Source: Clostridia bacterium
Lineage (GTDB): Bacteria; Bacillota; Clostridia; Christensenellales; UBA1242
DNA length: 64,000 nt
Assembly: GCA_050872785.1 (NCBI GenBank)
Contig: JBNMHO010000001.1
Location: 22,937-86,936, forward strand
Direction: 5' to 3'
Below, in pieces: positions 60,901 to 64,000 of this stretch (position 1 is its first letter; each line of letters opens with the position of its first letter). The notes beneath the pieces were generated by a model. It was given only the letters and a program-made list of their open reading frames with translations, was not told the origin of the DNA and ran no database searches. The position numbers and the translations under genes are program-made.

Positions 60901-63900
60901 GCTTGTGCTTGTTGTTTCAATAAGGTTTTCATTTTCAGAATCTGCTTGTTCGCAAGTGATTTCAATAGTAATTCTAAACTTTGCATCTCTGCTCACATCA
61001 CTTGGAGCAAGAGTTTTTACATAAAGTCTTGCAACGTTTGAAACGTCACTATCACTTTCGTCTGGGCCAAAGAAATATTGTGCATTGGTCAAAGTTGCAT
61101 AGTTGCCGTTTAGGGTGAAATCTCCCTTTGCATAGGAAGCAAGTCCAAGTTGCAAAGCACCGTCTTCAATTCCTTGTTGCATTGGAGCATAAACAAGTGC
61201 ATCTCTACCATCAGTTGATGTGACTTTTACAAGTTGCATAAAGCCAAGTCTGCTAGTGCCGTCTGTGCAAGAAGATTTGACAACAACTTTCTTGATATTT
61301 GCATAATATGGGCTGATGTCAATGGCTAGCAAGCCGTCCTCTCCTGCAATCAAAGTATTGGTTGGGACGTCTGTATAGGAATAAACATATCCCTCAACAA
61401 CATTGCCACTTGAAATTGTTGCGATTTCATCTACATAGGCATAATGAGTTGTTGAAATGTTATCCACAACTTGTGGCACAACATGCACAACAATTTCCGC
61501 AGGCCTTGACGCAAGTGCGCCTTGTTTGTCCCAAATTCTAAGTTTGTATAGGCTAATTTCAGATGTATTTCTTACATCATCTTTAAGCATAAGTGAGAAT
61601 TGATAAATATATCCCGAGCCTTGTTTTTGGGTTACAAATGGGCTGTGAGTTTCTGTATCTTTTTCTGGCAAAACAAATGGGAATTCTGCGTCAGTCTTAT
61701 CAATTTTTTCATATTCGCCATTGTTTTTAAGTTTCAATACGTCATATTCAAGTTCTGGTGCTTCGTCACTATCTGCCGTCACAACAACAGAAAGATTGTC
61801 ATTTCTAACTTCACCATAAAGTGTAATTTCTTTTGACTCGCTTCTTGTTGTGATATTTGTTGCACCTGAAATTGCATTTAGATAGAATGTCCAATCGTCA
61901 CAAATATATTCAAATTCAATGCCATCTCTTGCATATTCAACAACTGGCTTGATTGTCCACACGCCAACTTTAAGGAATTTGAGTGAGTTTGCACTTCTAA
62001 CAAACACAGCGTTATCTTTTTCTTCTTGAGAAGCAGAGTTAAAGTATTCCGCAGCCCTGTTTCCCTCTGCGTCATAAACGTCAAGTCTAAGAGAATATCC
62101 CTCGCTGGAAACTGAGGTCAAAACATATTGTGAATTGCCCAAAATTCCATAAATAACTCTGTCTTGAGTTGCTTTTGCATATTCGCACAAAGTTGCAATA
62201 ACATTTACATCAACATTTGTTCCAACAGTTGTTGTTTTGCCAATGTAATCTTCCGCAAGAGTAATGCCAGAGTTCAAGACAAGTTTATCAAAGTTTCTTA
62301 CAACATAAAGGTCGATTTCGCAAGAAACAGACTTGTTTTCTTTAACAACAATTTTAAGAGTTGTGTAACCTGCATTTTTAAGAACAATATTTCCGTCTGA
62401 AGTTACTTCTGCAATGTTGTTTCTTGACATTTCCAAAAGAAGATGAGCATATTTAATGCCACTTGGAAGAGCAATTATGTCAAACAAATCTTGAACGGAA
62501 AGTGTGTTTCTTTCTTCTTCGTCTGAAAGGTTGGCAACAAGTGCCATGCGTCCGTTTTGGAAGTTTTCATCTTGAAGTGCGAAGAATTTTGTTTTTGCAA
62601 AATTGTTTTCTGTTGTGTTAAAAGTAAGTTTCCATTTTGTTTCATGGAAGTTTGCCACGCCAGAATTGTTGTTTGCTTTTGTAAAAATGCTTGTAGGAAT
62701 ATTTCTAGAAAGTCTATATTTTTCGCCTTTATTTGTGTATGCCAAAACTTTTGACTCAAAGTCAAGATTCCCCTCGCTTTCAGCATAAGGATAAACAACT
62801 CTCATTGTTTCATTTTCCACAAAATAGTTGTCATCGCCGCCATTAAGTCCCGACAAATCGCTTGTTTTGACTGCAAGTTGAACACCGGCCGCGTCTTCCT
62901 TGTATTCAAGTGCAACAAAGAAACTAAAGCCGTTTGCCGCTTTGCCCGTTCCGCAAAGAGAACTTGCGCCTACACCAATATAGTAAACATTTTGAATATT
63001 TACGCCTTCGCTTTGATTGATTGCTGCAGCACTGTTTGTGCCAACAAAGTTGAATGTTGAGAAGCTGTTTTCAATGCTTACATTTTCTGCATTGCCAACA
63101 ATTCCACTGGCAGTTGCATTTGAAAGAACTTTCAAGTCGCCGTTCGCAATGTATGTGCTGTTATAACTATCTGCATAGCCTTGTGAGTAGCTGTGAGAAA
63201 TTGTAACATTTTTGCCATAACCCACAACGCCACCAACAGTGCCAGAATTTGCGACAATCAAAGCACCGAGGTTGCCGCTATTGTTTTCCACTCGCACAAG
63301 GTCAAGAGTTGCATTTTGAGCCTTGCCCACTGCACCGCCAACAAAGTCGTTGCCGCTTACTCTGACAGTTGTCAAAACGTTACTAACTTTTACATTATTT
63401 TCGCCATAAATTATGCCCGCAACACCGCCAACATTCTTATTTACGCCACGAATTGCATTATCTTGAACATATCCAATTTGACCATTTGCAGAAACATTTA
63501 CAACACTTCCGCCACTGACAAAGCCCACAATTCCGCCAACATTTGCGTTTTCGCCAGAGATACTTCCGCTTGTTGTGTTGATGTTTACATCAGCGTCAAC
63601 ACCTTCAGTTTCATAAGAAGTTGCAAAAGCATTGTTTGTGCTTATTGCGAGTTCGTCTTTTCTTGCAAACACGCCATAAATGCCGTTTATCATGCCAGCA
63701 CTCTTGCCCGCAATTCCGCCAACATTCACTGCGCCCGTTGCATTGATTTCCAAATTGCCTTTTACAACAGTTTCAGAAACATAGTCAAGATTTTCAAAAT
63801 CTGCAAGAGAGCGAATGTCTTTTGTTTCGCCCCTCATGTAATGGTCAAGCAACAAACCAAGTTGGTTTGTTTCGTCTTCCAAACTATTGTTGCCCTTTCC

Positions 63901-64000
63901 AAAGGATTCTTCAGAAGACAAGATAACGCCGTTATTTTCGCCAACCATTCCGCCAATGTCCATTGCGTTTGTAGTTGTAACTTTAAAGTTGTTAACTTCT
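42961..64000 (-). CDS. Giant repeat protein, at least 7,012 aa in the window (N-terminus beyond the right edge). It has GLUG-type repeats, Ig-like arrays and a distinct C-terminal domain of about 280 aa.
   Basis: The track reports 7,000 aa from the Met at 63963. The frame stays open through 64000 (EVNNFKVTTTNA upstream of that Met). Motifs include VNVGGIAGKSAGMINGIYG, a Big_2-like AEVTSDGNIVLKNAGYTTLKIVV, and caps such as GEYILMNDLTLTDWNPIAANFSSFDGNGKVITIKSF. Confidence 0.85.
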   Translation of the reverse strand, partial: EVNNFKVTTTNAMDIGGMVGENNGVILSSEESFGKGNNSLEDETNQLGLLLDHYMRGETKDIRSLADFENLDYVSETVVKGNLEINATGAVNVGGIAGKSAGMINGIYGVFARKDELAISTNNAFATSYETEGVDADVNINTTSGSISGENANVGGIVGFVSGGSVVNVSANGQIGYVQDNAIRGVNKNVGGVAGIIYGENNVKVSNVLTTVRVSGNDFVGGAVGKAQNATLDLVRVENNSGNLGALIVANSGTVGGVVGYGKNVTISHSYSQGYADSYNSTYIANGDLKVLSNATASGIVGNAENVSIENSFSTFNFVGTNSAAAINQSEGVNIQNVYYIGVGASSLCGTGKAANGFSFFVALEYKEDAAGVQLAVKTSDLSGLNGGDDNYFVENETMRVVYPYAESEGNLDFESKVLAYTNKGEKYRLSRNIPTSIFTKANNNSGVANFHETKWKLTFNTTENNFAKTKFFALQDENFQNGRMALVANLSDEEERNTLSVQDLFDIIALPSGIKYAHLLLEMSRNNIAEVTSDGNIVLKNAGYTTLKIVVKENKSVSCEIDLYVVRNFDKLVLNSGITLAEDYIGKTTTVGTNVDVNVIATLCEYAKATQDRVIYGILGNSQYVLTSVSSEGYSLRLDVYDAEGNRAAEYFNSASQEEKDNAVFVRSANSLKFLKVGVWTIKPVVEYARDGIEFEYICDDWTFYLNAISGATNITTRSESKEITLYGEVRNDNLSVVVTADSDEAPELEYDVLKLKNNGEYEKIDKTDAEFPFVLPEKDTETHSPFVTQKQGSGYIYQFSLMLKDDVRNTSEISLYKLRIWDKQGALASRPAEIVVHVVPQVVDNISTTHYAYVDEIATISSGNVVEGYVYSYTDVPTNTLIAGEDGLLAIDISPYYANIKKVVVKSSCTDGTSRLGFMQLVKVTSTDGRDALVYAPMQQGIEDGALQLGLASYAKGDFTLNGNYATLTNAQYFFGPDESDSDVSNVARLYVKTLAPSDVSRDAKFRITIEITCEQADSENENLIETTSTSEHLFTIQSAYGVRMNITHEGTERKIIAYTGAGEEADWLDIEPITPNGAEATLSLEVEDASGNKISDEDVPSYATLETINGKTSLVLGESANVGQKINIKLTTNIKLDNVIVSYTHVETVNVVDAVINSISIGGAENGVIEMTSASIRVLSIDVQGFGKQETLENIEKLIAQSVFMIENDREGKALYWFATVDGSKNEYNIDSSSFGDSLPFVVNKVIMGNSSSTRQSIDSNVLGYDGNSRIEFTYEPRVMYLQGSASSGKVDLRVEFSYVYKNGQIIPVPTSILQSDFVISAEATVVVSESLGEENLRPIETEADLRAMVAGGEYILMNDLTLTDWNPIAANFSSFDGNGKVITIKSFAYSTNTTNSSIDLGLFSEISQNSLVKNVIVAYPDNMQGDLNGNFDGIDLSSYNAVNFGGFAAINNGIITNCDVISISSNGQVANNISSYNNAGYALAIKTNKTAKNANIAGFVAQNNGTITNSRVGRNSVMVFSKSSSGDATESPEKLSTVAPVFVMSVEGAGNVAGFVADNSGTISSSYANNLQMEVFSGSYGTKNIKTSGFVVSNNGFIHGSYVAGWEGVKKDGVQVVQEGQNNRKHGGGIYTNGIVSGFVYYNDGFVEDCYSNINISGEHTYAYVSNGLSSRIDAEQDINIPVASGFVYVMGEKATIRTSYSLSYVKSKSTNAHAMFQGCLNGVDVDSSRRPTQTSLKYGTIENCYFLMEKDDDVERSHERAIMLSTGDANEEECDSATINEFISEGSFNGFAFDPDTLRSSTYESSGGVWTIVKDGIYGYPELLSANNVTMSARVRGQTETEEGIVTKYYFNYIQGYDAGTVKNPYLVYSEDSYNNVFKSKQQESFDNNITAKFTGNIRLVKSFVMEKRSTYSSSVEYTSNQGSVSVFDGNYLTISNIDLGESAEDSFGLFKDIYGAGVKNLTLGVNSIVSGNCTAVGALAGVIVDSVISNITLVAMGSEDNWNITGNNYVGALAGAVISSTYSTTSATGTRFSRISNIRSNLSVTSSRTSSQGSQTRVITSTDLWEAIAPRNISTGGNYASASNLRLSNLPKNVYYAGGIAGVVSLSQRSSDRNSILMDKVNVDNVHVGSFVQNSKLSGASVDSNGDYDGNVNILSNYVGGLFGFVGEETYVENSSFIVGNNSTLTSSQVVGGLTAFNLGKISKSYVGFDKETTEKLNNHLIAVTTGGTNTDTFNGTLFGGTPEFVGGLVGINSSTTVYRSGSILDSYNRVDVRNIYATSLGGIVGASSSGTISNVYTTASLRANDDASKTHIGAIIGEVVDSETGYIKIVDKVGQDEAKLHLANIVALNIYNSDDFSRLVEFDSNGGKIGALYGFYSNQKTEDSEGIVDITSGDNGIYVNHYGLKNIGCDYVREIAIQFGDELGNSNFDLAKYKEKESEATIFEYWGVGEGGKKDTYLNKSLSEKILPDQFLKLFSTTLNANKAARDKYFSTDKWSREIWRYDAPNNNDDEYDVLPVLEYGFNAATEKIYTAEEFYNKLGAKNTAGKTYMIMRDIDFGSETSFRPITETFEGSLYGANITYTETVGSEVKVYRRKPILFNVNLKSSNASEKYAMFISTRNATFSNFNVVVADYNVTYDYSGTKDGTQSFGAVLVASAENSTQINNVFVYGDLTGNYGRISSTTGSDDYAGGNIDEIVVSQGAYYRGNTLENYSNPYLVVGSGSGTTYVYNNTTLQFVDKENNFLKIGKSNTISTNATTFGTLVGTSANTVVNISHSSANLGLNVNYDGCKGSTARTVGGIAGSIKGELRNVVSKVDITVIDKENTPISSLSVGGVAGSMLGRMENVYANNRTINVGDSDHPFRTSSDVKTNAIYVGGLVGSADSYLANQGEESSRVGSASQIYANDMAINVYAKGNSYVAGAIAISTFNISKAEVKQSVDENGNAKRSISLNCLSTMGTDDLYVLGGVVATSSAQDIRNVYSNVSLQLTGANFNTAIVGGIAGYLTGKSSYTFDSVVVDADSLKVLNGGKNVPKGAQIFVGGIVGKTEKDTDTISINKTISTADIICDQFATMSIGGFVAKVAKLKVSTSVVLGDITLNRVLGSTSNYDEITNNAADVVSLFLPESPTYVGGLVGDCKVLDNASDTRNVLVASTIRDYAMGQKLNLYIGAVCGRQRDDDMAKVSTNLIVTCENIALVSNELSNVKNVSQTELSDPNGDGIFGEIYNNGLKGTQVDTNSKIYSKFYSKYAERTVGEAKVTTKEGSKLRPITFDNATVLENNQYYILDDNIELENSVQVEKYSFNGNEMLAVGWVLNAQGFEIIAKNGDKRIPVFDTITRNSAVSALMLNISGDIQNTREDLLAPLANINEGFVYASSVVGKINTSLDVSSFVYTNNGVINKCFSMADINTSSGVGGLVSANGTRTDNNYKIGNIYDSYYTGSIELTDTNNETPVGTLAKLSSYGVISNSYTMADIAVAEGTKKYSATYPVASVTPLDGNSEWKAKANFYRVYYDYIPYVAGNEGQNMSSISDRTINSNFISSTGFYLWTVSFTGETNSTTQTANTSNATISEMFQTHWIVPERDKSTGALKGELVDFFSYAEGSSSAENTIGIDSTWFNYGYITKNYINVFSGTTRDKNISSTSPFPKLVRKYFNSIYTGNGLADRLGNSYAPDVVNVLGGGVGPVNGGEVQGFTNMPYSVKHAGLFDIFVSSNNIGTSPKYRYYRFTKNQVNFAKYSKVTYWSESWDNQGMEFYGNLDGALDDDGNDTTQVVNMYSTNGLVRAIVTHDQTISVRETGSEQEKDYKVATVVQNITFANSYSKTGLVAGVLDDENAIVNNIGVASENYVFNGNLANLFKANVAKINGDNFDPVEEKDESTGKVIRQYYKLKDETVASLRESLGRDFGSLTIDKNSFEKKKSDAKNNKNNDMSIWVVNTQFFAAFFISEVKAETVGANFTLEESGESKVGTWTIVQGIDLNDLPKDNLLAYEGVSRSGGEALPSIITNRITNLVVKSKFTTGETNYGLNLTNDNSYKHMYSDTPAFAGGYIGLMQKGKISGIFSNKDSNLSVGAYDETSDSTSYSGGIVGIMTGGSIEFKEKSKENNGNGVLRNVTVGGGMSINQVVQPRSYSGGVVGLLECELSGIEIQEDSNVKVYGIYGAGGIAGAVYGGTITNCVVAGENVVGIASRNFVSTSDKTYEQFLPAFKDTRMTQYGEMTNLKQGSAAKPDMNLISMSDVLASTVNLGGIVGFAKATANTTVVDNCVFGKVNSDGNSAVQGSAKLSYEIKYLAGYYSIMVGGIVGNVVEANGAHVNISNCTYAGNIDMKSSQTILAGGIVGSMNGGTIASCKALQEAKVETDIIWDLLNPWIVPEDVALDASKEKFVTRKDTWEKLKEYYKKAKNEFASDENLTFKKAIDIIYSYVQDTTGTINDALDDNKALNIKRSLTFVIDGYSVSGGIVGRIVKGNIGNAEEDNVTNAAFISAATRAGGIVGEATSSGSVIVIINAKNTGAVKANGKLKLYTSMAIGAGVSLNVDSDIEGKIRGESENIISGDKGYFGEATGTDADGKKNQTKSGQALMGLRKIILGIITKKKEDKSAESFSVGGSFSEEAGADVLLKLALTASTVLEDGAAGGIVGAIECTGISQSNADVIIEKCNSEVKLNQTSGEEFKVNSIGGMFTEFSGGIAGLAVATTSSNNIVIRNCSSNSLVRGYMIRSFAGGIVGYMQKARVEDCVNYSDGLGSFFSSIGNGDIWKDFTGMIGNIFGSSFLLSFPNVAGGIVGYLNDGRVINCSSGKTFISGATNYSFVMGLRVAGGIVGVMDGGSIEANWKKDENGKLSGGFTFNSGTVWALTGIAGGIVGVLNNGKIQSLGSNVDSKSIMKLLVKIVTEMSTNNGEMPDLSSYALNGNGFVITSLTSIVIGSISGGCIGYLSGVSPAGTDTAKLSGMINLGYVFPNLAAFLYAPKVSGALTTLSGTTISQSVEDIGDDIQSLIDGKFTGPINKTLDKSPKKYAHRFTVDVMIDDDPTSLIDIQLGGQFGLGFSFNSALFKPILSLLGDVGFDGGIPVSTYINGVVVNQYNYTIKSKSTNYSSSDSIDSRLNYLDTIVAFTDEDLAAIKEENGTGTDVGKLGGGASGGIVGMVRTSQPITFSLCLSFGIKLAGVNPGEPWTTILSAFQSGVIASSGSAGGIIGAVINQQFGSEKFKSNGKDVNGKDVSYEHDLKKTVSSEGNIIVTLSSNFATVMGDENAGGIIGYASKCAKIVSFNEKEPLYGIVANYGSISGSYAAGGLIGLADGASVNDNHVEAALSSHEISIRTTWDGQTKWESPSITTPDLSNWAIFRATNSGQVAHAKYSGGGIGKMSKGSQMYMTTVAGSAFAYLTNPVGFLLGGQITISSPQFAGGLAGTVKEGAMISGSCAVGTDSKETSSFFSPAITIFAGKCDEPNGTNATQSITSNNPIVGDGETSGGESGGSTGGESGSSEPTISEPASGEEVVTTNGYAGGAVGVYGGGNIGGITGVRTNTNVKSVVIANCVNVGGFTRSYNLLGKTVEYEVLKSAYVGGAIGYLTSPIKDVEANLEVGDKTVTKIYSRVNVDVRSQSIQNGMIATGGYIGCVEFDSSITDTDKRTLSLNFIFGSGTNGKNVKVTAGKGGAAGGVIGELNNAILKNVVSQAQVIPKEDSVVGGIVGRMVGNSQISNCYVLQIAETSSSVWTYHGYEGSGVDLGEYKLQDAKKLRGDSALFEKVNANINEWVNGSHKVNVGGENPAVENKVVHTSKAFVYKLATALSSYSSNGNFGVGTASDSNGTYYVLTKSYDVVTSKDPVYDVEFGVMEKGQVEKKDDNGNATGEYEEGDVFVPRSVKFSVESTFEVVDTQLVGDATADNVVSGAVAGGAVGSLEDTSVIATNVYVDTTVSQAEAVGGLVGVAKGGTIGQATKDSDTDPFIVGGTIANSTYGGGLAGKIDGGVTINKALIRQIKPIKGEVQGTGGLIVRGKGGKDIMGAGAYAGIMLSGSLSAATQGAVTIVESYDGEFNVSGTYQTEIYGEKIVGGAVAWLAGGSINGCSFANGGTSYNEAEKVKVGSSEEDTVVAGGNYKIYNNGYDTDVTSLDGMIKQAHQVAAGGLVGKMTGGKLVGGTAPDISGVNVGGLVGFLGKDRDSSGTDKGYTRAAKDGETGGQFGIVYDNDVKNAPQIGTEDNADNAPTSGNVRLTSKGFAGAYVGVMNRGVINNVKTVDGSKVTAVKNNNSNSFKNTETYLGGAIGAIVGVTSDVKSGNFQANVVEGGEYAGGLAGYFSANASWEPTGTFGLEKISGACYVGGRFGRVDEGIFDTIDLTLSTAKLPSQVEGATLQGEYVGGIIGYVGENGKKTVEFGSDSGMTISSHLKMKATVAAGIIVGAVGQNAQVKLNGCEFSLSVDMESSGDVNAEYFGGFAGMVESGAKLGSASDTEKAKVKTKILTYAKRTADGKTEQSKPEIHDSFGAVVGLVESGAYVFNIIAMNFDEAYNEEKINYNFGGIAGINKGTIGQCESQISTEGKGITLTKTGLSVGGIVAVNEGGAVIDVKNSAQLEVLNKTNPVFFGGLVGTMKGGAIVNSENSGELTGLGKEIYVGGLVGYAATPDASKNEIVGSKNTAAINAQYDINATTSDSSSSETGGTSSGTATNTGNNPSKEKATWETNNISSTISGDNVSAIQSALDEIYKGAIGGLIGKATSAYIDENSSSTTDINGYAYYKQNAEKVNDKTYEEGNDKDEVYKDIIYERRGQYVGHAKHSDGVIIAKGSGESDTFKPEVKKIEGEEPGVSINWLGREGESSELKERYVIIYYKLEWTWSETVNKYTAAATPYGKYSTEKGNDTLNTNASEPERMVSEIKEEDSWWYKEMLKKANASLSGNLTRSEANGPEWYSYSISEPVVSGYYNMQCDTGEGLPYVGGSTTDGSVEEKVRNARDKGDGDNKYITQTTQSAYTLQSLYSYKRKGDTGTSWDSEKIDQEIKKFTFKQET

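Noticed and set aside
25401-64000. IgA-protease/Zmp-like metalloprotease, sortase-anchored adhesin, or polymorphic toxin interpretations of the giant proteins.
   Set aside because: By-eye scans found no HEXXH and no LPXTG. No small immunity-type ORF follows either C-terminus. These are negative results from manual reading only, so they should be re-checked computationally.
25401-64000. Dispersed short DNA words such as CCGCCAAC, CCACCAAC and TCCGCCGAC recur on the plus strand throughout the giant genes. They could be REP-like elements.
   Set aside because: They are the reverse-complement codon footprint of the GG[ILV][VA]G peptide motif (GTT/GTC GGC/GGT GG). They are always in frame, so the protein repeats explain them.

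Overview
This 64-kb window comes from a low-GC, Gram-positive-type (Bacillota-like) chromosome. The lineage call rests on whiA, murB and the rpoBC-rpsLG-fusA-tuf order. The genetic code is standard, since TGA ends whiA. Every substantial gene lies on the minus strand.

In transcription order (right to left) the window contains:
- two tandem giant ORFs: one of at least 7,012 aa whose N-terminus lies off the right edge, then a 5,799-aa predicted lipoprotein. Together they fill about 60% of the window.
- rpoB-rpoC
- two small autonomous genes: a 90-aa unknown and a HicB-like orphan
- rpsL-rpsG-fusA-tuf
- an AI-2E-family transporter with a Lys-rich tail, tightly coupled to trpS
- an ArsR-family regulator divergent from a 58-aa Cys-rich hydrophobic peptide, the only credible plus-strand gene
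- uvrC
- a membrane-anchored binding-protein-like gene
- murB-whiA-dnaE. dnaE runs off the left edge and is missing from the ORF track because it has no in-window stop.

I found no rRNA, tRNA, CRISPR array, transposase or integrase.

The main candidate for novelty is the giant-gene pair. Both proteins combine Ig-like arrays with repeated cap motifs and GLUG-type GG[ILV][VA]G beta-helix-like repeats. I saw no catalytic or wall-anchor motif. The pair sits where rplKAJL normally precede rpoB.

Secondary curiosities:
- an 11-bp x 7.5 phased A-tract tandem repeat upstream of murB
- a uvrC terminator whose 3' arm contains the next gene's start codon
- a consensus promoter with an abutting palindrome in front of the 90-aa gene
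- a 284-nt structured rpsL leader
- the ArsR/Cys-peptide pair

All domain calls were made by eye from the translations and need HMM or structure confirmation.
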